From assembly GCA_964016885.1 (NCBI GenBank), contig OZ024757.1, positions 6,200,001 through 6,264,000 of the forward strand: 64,000 bases of DNA, in the 5' to 3' direction. The notes under the pieces were generated by a model. The model was not told the origin of the DNA, made no database searches, and was given only the letters and a program-made list of their open reading frames with translations. Made by a program: the position numbers and the translations under genes. Origin of the DNA: Eledone cirrhosa (taxonomy: Eukaryota). Position 1 is the first letter of the stretch. Each line of letters starts with the position of its first letter. This document shows positions 1 through 13,612 of this stretch, in pieces.

Positions 1-1249
1 CAGTTAACGATGATGCTGCTATGCCAGTCATCTGGTATGACCCCATTCTGTATTACTTGGTTTACTATCTGGGTGTCCATACTATGTCCCAACATTCCAG
101 ATGCTTTCAACATCTCAACAGCTATCTCCAAAGGCCCAGCTGCCTTGCCCATCTTCATATCTTTGATTGCCTTATATACTATACTACCATTAACTTGCAA
201 CGCTGGTCCTTCTATTGGATCGATTTGGGGCAGACTATCTTTTTCCCATTTATTCTCCTCATTTAGTAGTCTCTCGTAGTGACACTTCCAAGCTACCTTC
301 TTATCAGTATCAGTGAGGGCAAGTACACCATTATCATTAAGGACACACTTCTCCCTGACAATATCACGGTTTTCCTTGATGCTTTATGTTGCGATCCTGA
401 ACACCTCACACTGTAGAACATGCTTGAACTTTCTATTCTCTACTTCCCTTCTTGCAAAGTACAATTGTCTCCTAGCCACCTAATAGTGTTCTCTACTTTC
501 CCCATCCCACAATACTTTCCAAGCCTGATTGTCTCCTCCACCTCCAAGTTACTCTCCTCCTGCCTATAGGTCTGCTCCAGCAACAGATTTCATCTGTCGC
601 CTTCAGCAGGTTAACTTTCAAGAATCCCCACTGTTCCTCTATATTGTATGTCTCTAATTGCACCTCTTTACTGTCAGAAGTATTAACTAATATGCTTTTA
701 AATTTATTACTGGCTGTGAGGTTCTTCAACTTCCATCTTCTCCATAAGGTAGTCCTCCTCTGTCGTCGAGTATGTCTAGTCCTGACTACGAGGTCACTAA
801 CTACTAGGCTATGTTGGGAGGTGAATTCTTCACGGGGGAGTGATTTAGTGTTTACAACAGACACTCTGTCACGTCTTCTAATAAGGATATAATCTATCTG
901 GCTGGCGTGTTCCCCTGATCTATAGGTGACCAAGTAATTGTCTCGTTTTTTGAAGTTTGGGTTAGTTAGGTTATTAGTGTCACAGAATTCCAGGATCCTG
1001 AAGCCTTCCTCATTTCTATTTCCAACCCCATAGCCTCCATGGATTCCATCATAGCCATCACTATGTTGTCCAATGTGACCATTTAGGTCACCAGCAATAA
1101 TTAAGTAGTCACTGTCTGTTATTTGGGAGGTAGTATGCATTAGCATCTCATAGGACCTGTCCTTTATAACATCAGGTTGACCAGATTGGGGTGCATAAGT
1201 GGATATTATTGTCACAGTAGTTCTATTTAGAACTAGTCTTAATTCAATT
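1..1249 (-). mobile_element. Decayed RTE-clade LINE fragment (APE endonuclease to start of RT), runs off window start
   Basis: Minus-strand translation ISTYAPQSG...IIAGDLNGHIG...SQIDYILIRR is collinear with the intact RTE ORF at 25950-29186; stops and deletions present; 5' end abuts a microsatellite. Confidence 0.92.
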
Positions 1250-1263
1250 ATATATATGTAGAT

Positions 1264-1295
<32 letters not shown>

Positions 1296-1461
1296 GTAGA
1301 TACACACACACACATATATATATATATGTAGATACACACACACACATATATATATATATGTAGATACACACACACACATATATATATATATGTAGATACA
1401 CACACACACATATATATATATATGTAGATACACACACACACACATATATATATATGTAGAT

Positions 1462-1492
<31 letters not shown>

Positions 1493-1796
1493 AATGTAGA
1501 TACACACACACATATATATATGTAGATACACACAGACACACATATATATATATGTAGATACACACACACATATATATATATGTAGATACACACACACACA
1601 CATATATATAAATGTAGATACACACACACATATATATAGCTACACACACACATATATATACACACACACAGATATATTTATATATACATGCACACACATC
1701 TATATATACATACACACATATCTATCTATATATATTTATATATATATATATATATATATATACATACGCACACACATATATATATACATACACACA
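1250..1796. repeat. Compound micro/minisatellite, ~30-bp unit (TA)nTGTAGATA(CA)n
   Basis: About 13 visible units containing TGTAGATACACA, decaying into TA/CA. Confidence 0.95.
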
Positions 1797-2459
1797 GAAC
1801 GTGCAAGGAAATCCTGTTTCGTGTGTGAGAAACTATAGTAACTATCGTACCTACATTATAAACACTGGACATAGACTTCATTTCTAGCCTATATACATCT
1901 CTTAATTATATATACATGTGTAGATCTTTTTATATACACACATACGTAGAATAGGAAAACAGAAAGAAAATATATTTTATTGATCTCCTTAACAAGTGTG
2001 CTATACTTAGACATATCTATTTGTTTAGCTATTGTTGTATTGTATGGATAGACAGACAGAACATAATTGCTATGGTGACATCCATAGATGAGGGGTGTGT
2101 AATAAAACTGTTCACTGTCCCAAAATAGAAGATTGCCAGGAAAATCACGTCTGTCATCTATGTACCGAACCCAAGAACTATTTCCAAAATAGATAGATTC
2201 AATGTGGTAAATGTCATGTTTCTCTCTGTCTTCAATGTGCCATAAACTTTCCAAAGATCCCAGGTCAAAAAAAATGAGACACCATATTTCTATGATGGAT
2301 GGACTCTGGCTAAAGGTGCTGCTACCAAATTGGTCCTTTCAGTCCCTGGCCTGTGTGTCTTCCTATACCATTGCTGTTGAACAACAACACAAACCAACTA
2401 CCATGTCTTCCCCTACCATTCCTGTTGAAGAACATCAACAACAACAACAAAAATAGACC

Positions 2460-2830
2460 CTCAATACAGAAGTTGTGGAAGTTTGACACCTGATTTCTGC
2501 TTTAAGCCAAGAAATAGCAAGAAAACAGTACAGACCCCATGACTTTCAGAAACATCTTTTCATGCTCAGAGTTACTGAAGCATGGAACCAACTACCTGCA
2601 TCAGTTGTTAGCTGTCAGAACACTGCATCCTTTAACACCTCCATCCTTCCTGAAATTCTCCAACACTACACCTGATATCCTCACCTCCATACATGCACGC
2701 ATGTGTGTGTATATCATGACTCAATCACTGTTCACTTTCCTGATATTTCTACATTACTCTCTGTACAATACATGCACCTTTGATGAGTTGTAGTGCACCT
2801 GAGCATTGTACACAATAATTTTCATTATTA
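2460..2830 (+). mobile_element. Old CR1-like LINE 3' end with (ATT)n tail
   Basis: Terminal GAGTTGTAGTGCACCTGAGCA..TACACAATAATTTTCATTATTA is shared with the fragment at 11701-11818; the upstream part resembles decayed LINE C-terminal coding sequence. Confidence 0.6.
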
Positions 2831-2838
2831 GTATTGAT

Positions 2839-2930
2839 TATGGATTGGCAGTATCAGTAGAGTGTCACACACCATGCTTTACAGCATAGAGTTATGGCCC
2901 TGAACGTTCTGAGTTCAAATCCCACCTTTT
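2839..2930 (+). mobile_element. tRNA-type SINE, 5' fragment
   Basis: Matches the head of the SINE at 18281-18466, including B-box-like GAGTTCAAATCCC. Confidence 0.75.
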
Positions 2931-3242
2931 ATTATAAATCAGCATCATCATCATCATGAAAGGCACTGCTGATTTAATCATGGTACCAACACTAGGGATG
3001 TTGTCATGTCTTTGAAACCACTACAGAATCCTCTCTATCCTTTGTTTGGAAAGTTTTGTATGACAGGAAGCCCTTCCTATTACCAACCACATTACAGAGT
3101 GTACTGGTTGTATTTTATCATGTCACCAATACTAGAGAGGTTGTTATACCCTTCACACATAATCTCTGTAAACTTGTATACAATGTAATATTTGGTGTAA
3201 ATTAATGTTGTTGGTGGGTTGTATCTTTATTTTCTTTTACAG

Positions 3243-3385
3243 AGCTGTATGTCACCCATGTCAGATTAATAAAGCCACCAATACATCCAATCCATGTCAA
3301 CATAAAGTTGCTTGTGGAAAATGTTGTTCCACAATTGAACATTGTACACAGTGTGGAATGACTGTATGTACGGTGGATGAATTTA
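3243..3385 (+). CDS. Host-gene exon encoding a RING finger (C3HC4, IAP/Mind-bomb-like spacing)
   Basis: Pyrimidine tract TTTTCTTTTACAG acceptor and GTAAGT donor. Encodes AVCHPCQINKATNTSNPCQHKVACGKCCSTIEHCTQCGMTVCTVDEF = C-x2-C-x11-C-x-H-x3-C-x2-C-x6-C-x2-C. Ends in phase 1. Confidence 0.85.
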
Positions 3386-3427
3386 GTAAGTAATGATTTG
3401 ATAATCTGTCTGTATATTTCCATTCAT

Positions 3428-3945
3428 GACTTAGTGGTTAGTGTGTTTGTCTCATGATCATAAGGTTCTGAGTTCAATTCCCAGGAACATATTGTATCTT
3501 TGAGCAAGACACTTTATTTCATGTTACTTCAGTCTACTTAGATGGGAAAATAAGTTGTATTTGTAATTCAAAAGACCAGCTTTGTTTCATACTTTGTTAT
3601 GCTGAATCTCCCTGAGAATTATAATAATGGTGACCGTTATTGTTACTGTAATTCAATGGGCCAGCTATATCACATACAACATATCACTGAATCTCCCTTA
3701 GAATCACGTTAAGAGAACATATGTCTGTGGAATACTCAGCCACTCTCACTATAACACAAGAGGGACTGTACCTGTAATTAAATGGACCAGCTTTGTCACA
3801 CACTGTGCCATACTGAATCTCCCTGAGAATTACGCTATGGGTGTACATGTCTGTGGAATACTCAGCCATTTGCACCTTAATTACATGAGTAAACTGTTCT
3901 GTTATTCAAACAATTGGAACACTCATTGTTAGAACTGACAGATGT
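3428..3945 (+). mobile_element. Second tRNA-type SINE family with internal tandem triplication
   Basis: A-box-like TAGTGGTTAG, B-box-like GAGTTCAATTCC, central TTGAGCAAGACACTTT; the block GTAATT..GACCAGC..CTGAATCTCCCT recurs three times. Confidence 0.7.
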
Positions 3946-4867
3946 CTAAAAGACAGGTGTAACTTCTACTTCCTCAAATTTTCAGGTAGTTGGCTTCTCC
4001 CGCTACTGATGTCCACTGTATTGATGTAGGGGTCAGCAAAGATTTGAGAAACTATGATTTATTTATATAAGGGGTCTGTAGGAGATAATTTATAATGTTG
4101 GGGTCATTTCATGGATCCCATTCAGATATTTTCACAGCATTAATGTAGAGATGACTTGTTAAAGGTAACTAATGAGGATTTGTGTAAGTGTACAGTGTTT
4201 TAATACACCTGTTATCACTTTCCTTCTCACCTGTATAGAATAATCAGTGCTCACCGATAAGATCCTGTATCATTATGAAGGACACATGACATGTAAATAT
4301 TTGTAAATATTACATGAATCAGATGACATTCTGGTGAACACAGATGTGGTCAGTTTAAACTAAAGATTGCCAACATCGACCTTTCTCAAGGAAAGCAGGT
4401 GTATCTACTCCTATTTCATGTAGGCTATCATGAATTTGTGGCTAGGTCTTTGATAACCAACTTGGCTGATATTAGAAATAAGAAGAAAATAAACAGCAGA
4501 ATATTTATTAGTAAAATACAGAGATGAGAGGACAGTGATGCTATATTGTAGATTTGGCATAAGTGAAAGACAAAGCTATGAGAAAAACAAATGTATAATC
4601 AGCTGATAGTGGAATGAGATAATTACAGCATTGTTAGAATATATAAGATGTTTTTATAGATAGAAAATATTTATAAAGTTTAACATATTTTGTTGTGGGC
4701 CTAAATACTCAGATATGACCTGATATAACAAGAAGAGAAAATATTGACTAAAGCCATTGTGATCACTAGTTGACTTCTGATGATAGGAATGTCTGAAAAT
4801 ATAGATTATAAACAGGAATAGAAAATCTTTACAGTAAAATAAAAAAAACTGGGAAATATTTTTTCAG

Positions 4868-4939
4868 GGTCTCAAAAGCCGAATGAGAAAGTACTTTGTA
4901 AGGTAGCAGAACTGTTAGTGGGAAAATGGTTTGCAGTTG
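4868..4939 (+). CDS. Host-gene exon, N-terminal part of a Death domain
   Basis: TTTTTTCAG acceptor, GTGAGT donor, 72 nt, phase 1-1. Encodes SQKPNEKVLCKVAELLVGKWFAVG, in frame with both neighbouring exons. Confidence 0.8.
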
Positions 4940-5339
4940 GTGAGTAATAAGATTACAGTATCTTGTTGATTTCTATAAAGTTTACTTTTAACTGAATTGG
5001 TAAAAATTGATAAATTAGAAGACACAATATAACTAATATTGTCTTCTAAAACAGGGAATAAAAATCTGTTGGTGTATTGGGGTAAACATGTGAGTTAATG
5101 GGAATGTTTTTGTTTGTTTTTATTGAAACATATTCAATCTACAGATAGGTTGTTATTGTTATTTAGTCTCGGTTCTGCCATGATCTGCAGATTTATAATA
5201 GAGGGTGTTCCAGGTGTGACCACCCTACATTATTCCTAGAGATTGTTACTCCTTCATTCTTCAGTCATTTTTGTCTTATCAGATGGTGTAGTCTTATTGT
5301 TAAGGTTATGGTCTTCCTTTGTCCACACTCTCTATCAAA

Positions 5340-5572
5340 GCCTTCCTTCTCTGGAAAAAGACTTAATATTCACAACCATCTGTCTATTTGTTTTCTGATG
5401 AGAATAAAGTTAATCTAGCTTGTATGTCTACCTGATCAAATGACTGGCTGATATCTTGAAGTTAGTGTACAGAACTGTAGGAGTCTTGATCCCTCAAGCC
5501 ATACCTCTAGCCATCATGTACTCCAAAAGAGTCACGTTGGTGCTACTCAACATGTCCATTAAATTTAGCAGC
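5340..5572 (-). mobile_element. Decayed RTE endonuclease fragment, inverted relative to the adjoining RT fragment
   Basis: Reverse complement contains TTTAATGGACATGTTG (LNGHV-like) and TTTATTCTCATCAGAAAA (FILIRK-like). Confidence 0.65.
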
Positions 5573-6887
5573 AAGGATGCCCTCTTCTTAGTGAGACAAC
5601 TACAAGAGAGGTTCTTAGAGAAGAATAAACTACTATACTTAGCCTTTGTCGACCTAGAGGAGGCCTTTGATAGAGAACCCCGATCTGTCATCTGGTGGTC
5701 CCTAAGGAAACTAGGTGTAGTGGAATGGCTTGTGAGGACAGTGCAAGCTATGTACAGGGGTGCTGTCAGTAAAGTGAGGGTAGGAATGGAGTTTAGTGAG
5801 GAATTCCAGATATAAGTAGGTGTACATCAGGGTTCGGTCCTCAGTCCTCTCTTGTTCATTATAGTCCTCCAAGTCATAACAGAGGAGTTTAAGACTGGCT
5901 GTCCATGGGAACTTCTCTATGCTGACGATCTGGTTCTTATAGCAGAGTCAGTAGAGGAGCTAGAGAATAAATTCTGGCTATGGAAACAGCAGTTGGAAGC
6001 AAGAGGACTGAGAGTTAACCTAGCTAAGACAAAAGTGTTGATGAGTAGAAAAGAGGACAAAACTCTGATTCCACCAGGGAAATGGTCATGTTCGATATGT
6101 ATAAAATGTAAGCAATGCAGATCTTGCGTACTCAAGAGATGTAGTGGGATAGCAGGCAAACTGACAGGTAGGGAAAACTACGTATGCAGTAGATGTACTG
6201 GGACATTTGACAGTAGAAGTCGCAGTGATAGACACATTTTTCAAATGGAGGTAGGATCTACAGAGTTAGTTGATAGCTTCTGATACCTAGGTGATCAGAT
6301 TAATATGGGAGGAGGGTGCTCTGAGGCCATAGTATCTAGAATAAGGATGGGTTGGAAGAAGTTTAGGGAGCTGCTTCCTCTGCTGTTGAAGAAGGGTTTC
6401 TCCCTACGAATGAAAGGCTGGTTATATGATGGCTGTGTGAGATGTGTGATGCTGCATGGTAGTGAGACATGGACAGCAACTGTGGAGTAAATGTGACGGC
6501 CGGAGAGAAATGAAGCAAGCATGCTCCGTTGGATGTGCAATGTCAATGAGTGTGAATGACCCAGCATAGACGAGTTGAGAGAGAAACTGTGTATAAGAGA
6601 GATAAGATGTAGTGTGTGGGAGAGAAGACTATGTTGGTATGGATGTGTGATATGCATGGTGGGTGACTGCTGAGTAATGAAGTGCCAAGAAATCCTAGTG
6701 GAAGAAAGACGCAGTAGAGGAAGACCACAAAAAACATGGGGAGAGTTGGTGAGAGCAGATCTGAGATCGCTGAAGCTCACAGAGTAGATGACAAAGGACC
6801 GTGACGAATGGAGAGATGATGAATAGGACCCATCCCACCCTTGCAAGCAGGGAAAAGAGGATGTAAAATGATGTTGATGATGATGAG
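5573..6887 (+). mobile_element. Decayed 5'-truncated RTE LINE (RT to 3' tail)
   Basis: [22 protein letters not shown] and MLHGSETW motifs with stops; ends in ATGATGTTGATGATGATG. Confidence 0.92.
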
Positions 6888-7355
6888 GAAATGTTTGTCA
6901 CTTGTCATTGATGTCTTGGTAGATTTTAGGCAGAAACATGACTATTTCAGACACTGATCCTGTGATGTTATTGAGGGGTCTTCAATCTCATCCTTTAAAC
7001 CTTTCCTATGGATGACATGTTGTGAATGTTGGTTATCAATGTTGGATATTTAAATTCTGAACCAGTTCTGACAATACGAAAACTTCTGCCATTTCTTTGC
7101 CATAATTTTCTCAAGTCTATTTTCTTTAATCTTGTTCTTCTTTCTTCTCCTCACTTCAACTTCTTTATTTTTGTCGGTATCCTTGGAAACATACAACAAT
7201 ATTTTAGAATTTTTATGTTAATTATTTCTGTTACTCTACAGCTAGTTACTTTGTTATTTACAACAACCTGTCGTATACATATTTTATATAACTAATCTGT
7301 TTAATGTTGTTGTTGTTGTTATAGCATTGGTTTCTTATTGTTTTATATTTTACAG

Positions 7356-7558
7356 GTATTCAATTAGAAGTTCCAGCTTATATACGGAACAACATTGAAC
7401 ATAACTATAGTGATATTGGCAAACAGGCTTTTCAAATGTTACTCAAACGGTGTGAAATTTGTAAACCAGAAGAATGCACCATAGCCACTCTGAAAGAAGC
7501 TCTAAAGACAGCAGATTGTTTTGAGGCTCTTCGTTGTCTAGATTCAGAGGAAAACTAG
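7356..7558 (+). CDS. Host-gene terminal coding exon, remainder of the Death domain
   Basis: TTTTATATTTTACAG acceptor, phase 1. Encodes (G)IQLEVPAYIRNNIEHNYSDIGKQAFQMLLKRCEICKPEECTIATLKEALKTADCFEALRCLDSEEN-stop, matching the Death-domain pattern W..LG..L.....I..IE......EQ..QML..W....T...L..AL. Confidence 0.85.
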
Positions 7559-7648
7559 TCTCTATCATCATCATTATCATCATCTTATATCTGTGTTCCA
7601 TTCTAGCATTAGCTGGATGGGTTGTGTTGTCATGGAACGAGACTAGAC

Positions 7649-7750
7649 ATTGCTGGATGACGTTTTCAATGACAACCACTTTACAGAGTGAACAGGGTGT
7701 ATTTTATTGTGGCAGCAAGTCTATCACGCTACACCACCACTTTATACCCT

Positions 7751-7792
<42 letters not shown>

Positions 7793-7892
7793 AGGGTATA
7801 AAGTGGTGGTGTAGCGTGATAGACTTGCTGCCACAATAAAATACACCCTGTTCACTTTGTAAAGTGGTTGTCATTGAAAACGTCATCCAGCA

Positions 7893-7894
<2 letters not shown>
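7649..7894. repeat. 246-bp near-perfect palindrome centred on (TA)n
   Basis: Left arm ATTGCTGGATGACG...CCCTTGTG is the reverse complement of the right arm CACAAGGG...CGTCATCCAGCAAT, with one arm substitution seen. Confidence 0.95.
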
Positions 7895-7931
<37 letters not shown>

Positions 7932-8167
7932 GAAAAAGGATGGAAAGAAAGAAAGTGTGAAAAAGAGAAGAATTACTTTTACCAAAAATATTGTTTATCA
8001 CCAAATTATAAATAAATAAAATATTCTATTTTGGTAGATTCAGTCGTTTGTTAAATTTATTTGATTTTTTTGATATGTTGTATATATATATATAATTAAG
8101 TAGTGTATATATTATTTCTGTATACACACACACAAATATATACATACAAATATATATATATGTGTAT

Positions 8168-9283
<1,116 letters not shown>

Positions 9284-9553
9284 TCACCCAATAAAATAAT
9301 TATTACATATCAACGAAGCAGTCTCTTACCTTGTTACTCGATGTGCTAGAAATAGCAGCCAACTCACTTTTAAACATTTTAAATTAAGAGAATTAGACAT
9401 GTGGCTGTGTGTAGACATGAAGGGAAGTTAGTGGTTATTATGAAAGAGGATGATAAACAAGACAAATGCCAATAATTCTGGTTAGATATATAAGTTTACT
9501 TCACTTCAGCAAAAAGGTAAAAAAATCTGATTACTTCAAATCATAAATATAAT

Positions 9554-9742
9554 TGTTTCTACTTTAGGCACAAGGCCAGCAATTAACCAGTACATTACTG
9601 GTACTTTATTTTATCGACCCTGTAAGGATGAAAAGCAAAGTTAACCTCGGCGGGATTTGAACTCAGACTCTAAAGGGATGTAACTATGCTAGAAAGCATG
9701 GTATCCAACCCTCTACCGATACTGCCAATTCACCACCCTCAT
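9554..9742 (-). mobile_element. tRNA-type SINE with target-site duplication
   Basis: Reverse complement of the 18281-18466 family; ATCATAAATATAAT duplicated at 9540-9553 and 9743-9756. Confidence 0.9.
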
Positions 9743-10716
9743 ATCATAAATATAATGTTTGATTGTAGTATTTACAAATGAATATAGTGTTGTATAATAA
9801 GGCTCCTGTGTTGTGCTGGAGAATCTTTGTTTAATATGCTATGTTTGATTAAACATTGACAAGTTGTAGTCAGACAGTATGTACCAATAGAGGTAGTAGT
9901 AAGCAGTGGCAAGGGAGCTGTGTTGTTTATATGAAGAGGAAGATGACTGAGTTAGGACCACAGGACAGCCTATTTGTAATGACAGCTAGTTATTTTTGAT
10001 AAATAACAGATGGCCCCAGAATATGTTCTCCTTTGTAGGAATGGTGTTGTAAAACCTAGCCTCCAGAAAATATATCTGTTGTCTTCTCTGCAAGGTCGCA
10101 GGTCACTTCGTGGTGGCCATGTCCATAAGAGAAGACTGTGGGAAAACATTTCTTTTACTAGAAACACACATATATATATTATCATCATCATCGTTTTAAT
10201 GTCTTCTTACCTTGCTTGTAAGGGAAAGATGAGTATGGATAGACTAAGTCAGTACTAATGCATGGCTGCTGACCTTCCAGGATGGTTAGGAGTCTGTTAT
10301 CTCTCTTATGTATGATCTCACATACTATCAAGTGCACAGGAGGGGTTGTCATGTCTTTACCACAAGTGAAGGGTCCTCCCAGCACTTTGTATGGCAAGAT
10401 TTCTATGGCTGGATACCCTTCCTAGCACCAACTTTATAGCATGTAGTGGGTGTGTTTATCTTGTAGATCACCAACACTAGGAACATTGTCCTGTCTTTGA
10501 CACCACTGAAGGGTCCTCTTCACCTGTCTCCTGTCTTTTTCCATGAAGATGAGAACACTAAAGTGGTGGGGGTGGCACTCACCAATGTCAGAAACGGGGA
10601 GGTGTAGTGATGGAGAGAATAGTAGAGTGATAGGGAAGGGGCATGGTAGCTACTAAGGAGTGATAGTGAAGGGTTCTAAGGGTTTATAGTGAGGGAGACA
10701 GAAGCTAAGGGATAAA

Positions 10717-11338
10717 TACTAGAGGGAGGTGGCATGGATGGAGTGGGGGTATTTAGTAGCGATGAGGAGAGCTGCTAGGGTGTACTAGTGGAGGGGGGCA
10801 TGGATGGAGTGGGGGTAATTAGTGGAGATGAGGAGAGCTGTTAGGGAGTACTAGTGGAGGGGGGCATGGATGGAGTGGGGGTATTTAGTGGCGATGAGGA
10901 GAGCTGCTAGGGTGTACTAGTGGAGGGGGGCATGGATGGAGTGGGGGTAATTAGTGGAGATGAGGAGAGCTGTTAGGGAGTACTAGTGGAGGGGGGCATG
11001 GATGGAGTGGGGGTAATTAGTGGAGATGAGGAGAGCTGTTAGGGAGTACTAGTGGAGGGGGGCATGGATGGAGTGGGGGTATTTAGTGGCGATGAGGAGA
11101 GCTGCTAGGGTGTACTAGTGGAGGGGGGCATGGATGGAGTGGGGGTAATTAGTGGAGATGAGGAGAGCTGCTAGGGTGTACTAGTGGAGATGGCATGGAT
11201 GGAGTGGGGGTATTTTGTGGAGATGAGGAGAGCTGCTAGGGAGTACTAGTGGAGGGGGGGCATGGATGGAGTGGGGGTATTTAGTGGAGATGAGGGGAGC
11301 TGCTAGGGAATACTAGTGGAGGGGGCATGGATGGAGTA
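10717..11338. repeat. 66-bp G/purine-rich minisatellite, ~9 copies
   Basis: GGCATGGATGGAGTGGGGGT recurs at 10731, 10797, 10863 and onward. Confidence 0.95.
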
Positions 11339-11479
11339 CATAACAGTGAGGGGAGTGTCTACTAGATTGTGAAATGTGAGGGATTCTAGAAGTTTTGAAG
11401 GGGGCAGCAGATAAGGAGTGGGGGTGGTGTAGTGAGAAATACCTGTTAGGGAGTGCTAGGGAGAGGGAAGATAAGGGGA

Positions 11480-12112
11480 TAGGTCAGGCCACAGTGTATG
11501 CTGTTGACCAGGTCTTCACTATCTTAACATAGTGCCAGACCTTGTGGTCCTTTGTCATTTCTGTTGTGAGGTCTTTTAAGGTCTTCACACACTCATCCCA
11601 TGTCTTCCTGGGTCTGCCTTTTCCAATGGTCCTAACCACATCAGTTTTTCTCCATTTCTTTATGCAGCTGTTATCTTTCATACACATCACATGTCCATAC
11701 TACAGCTAACACATTCAAACATGTACTTCCCTGGCATTTGTGTATTATTCTATGTACTATATTGACGAGTTGTAGTGCACCTGAGCACTTTACACAATAA
11801 TTTCATTATTATTATTATACCAACGTAGTCTTCTCTCTAGCACACTACATCTACTTTCTCTTATACCAACTTATTCCCTCAGTTTCCTAATGCTGCTCAT
11901 CGATCAGAGCATACATATATATAACACCAACACCTCCTCTATCTTCTGAGTCTCTATATCTTCTTCTTTACTGTGAAAAGTGTCAAACAAAATATCTCTA
12001 AATTTGTTACTGGCTGAGGGCTCCATTATCTTCCATATTCTTCTTCTCCAGGTTGCCCTCTGTCTCTGAGTTCCTCTAGTCATAACTATAAAGTCACTAA
12101 CTACTAGGTTAC
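11480..12112 (-). mobile_element. Decayed RTE fragments with a nested CR1-like 3' end (11701-11818, + strand)
   Basis: GRPRKTWDE remnant; RTE sequence TGTCCATAC|CAACGTAG is split by the insert with ATAC on both sides. Confidence 0.75.
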
Positions 12113-12360
12113 ACATTCATGTCTCAGGTATGTTTTTACCTTCCTCTATACCCACTCTACTTCTTCACATCAATAGAGTACTCCCTTGATTTGTGGTCTC
12201 AGCACCGTAGACTTTCATCATCATTATCATCATCATCACTGTTTAATGTCCATTTCTCCATGCTAGCATGGGTTAGATGAGTTGTCCTATTGTGAGACAA
12301 TTGAGGTCAGATGACCGTGTCTTGGTTTCCATGACTGGATGCCATTCATAACGCCAACTA

Positions 12361-13612
12361 CTTTGCAGTGTGTACTGGGTGCTTTCTGCGGTATCACCAA
12401 AATGACTACTTTACAGTGTGGACTGGGTACTACCATGGCACCAACATGACTACTTCACAGTGTGGACTGGGTACTATCATGGCACCAACGTGACTACTTT
12501 ACAGTGTGGACTGGGTACTATCATGGCACCAACATGACTACTTTACAGTGTGGACTGGGTACTATCATGGCACCAACATGACTACTTTACAGTGTGGACT
12601 GGGTACTATCATGGCACCAACATGACTGCTTTACAGTGTGGACTGGGTACTATAATGTCACCAACATGACTACTTTACAGTGTGGACTGGGTACTATTAT
12701 GGCACCAACATGACTACTTTACAGTGTGGACTGGGTACTATCATGGCACCAACATGACTACTTTACAGTGTGGACTGGGCACTATTTATTGTGGCACCAA
12801 AATGACTACTTTACAGTGTGGACTGGGTACTATCATGTCACCAACATGACTGCTTTACAGTGTGGACTGGGAACTATTTATTGTGGCACCAACATGACTA
12901 CTTTACAGTGTGGACTGGGTACTATCATGGCACCAACATGACTACTTTACAGTGTGGACTGGGCACTATCATGGCACCAACATGACTACTTTACAGTGTG
13001 GACTGGGTACTATCATGGCACCAACATGACTACTTTACAGTGTGGACTGGGTACTATCATGTCACCAACATGACTGCTTTACAGTGTGCACTGGGAACTA
13101 TTTATTGTGGCACCAACATGACTAATTTACAGTGTGGACTGGGTACTATCATGGCACCAACATGACTACTTTACAGTGTGGACTGGGCACTATCATGTCA
13201 CCAACATGACTACTTTACAGTGTGGACTGGGTACTATCATAGCACCAACATGACTACTTTACAGTGTGGACTGGGTACTATCATGGCACCAACATGACTA
13301 CTTTACAGTGTGGACTGGGCACTATCATGGCACCAACATGACTACTTTACAGTGTGAACTGGGTACTATCATGGCACCAACATGACTACTTTACAGTGTG
13401 GACTGGGTACTATCATGGCACCAACAGGACTACTTTACAGTGTGGACTGGGTACTATCATGGCACCAACATGACTACTTTACAGTGAGGACTGGACACTA
13501 TTTATTGTGGCACCAAAATGACTACTTTACAGTGAGGACTGGGCACTATTTATTGTGGCACCAACATGACTACTTTACAGTGTGGACTGGGTACTATTTA
13601 TTGTGGCAACAA
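12361..13612. repeat. 44-bp minisatellite (~28 copies, some 48-bp variants) derived from the RTE 3'UTR
   Basis: Unit CTTTACAGTGTGGACTGGGTACTATCATGGCACCAACATGACTA; single-copy TTACAGTGTGGACTGGGT occurs in other RTE 3'UTRs, e.g. 8336-8353. Confidence 0.95.

Noticed and set aside
12361-13612. Regular 44-bp array as a CRISPR
   Set aside because: No unique spacers, no cas genes, eukaryotic context; the unit derives from the RTE 3'UTR.
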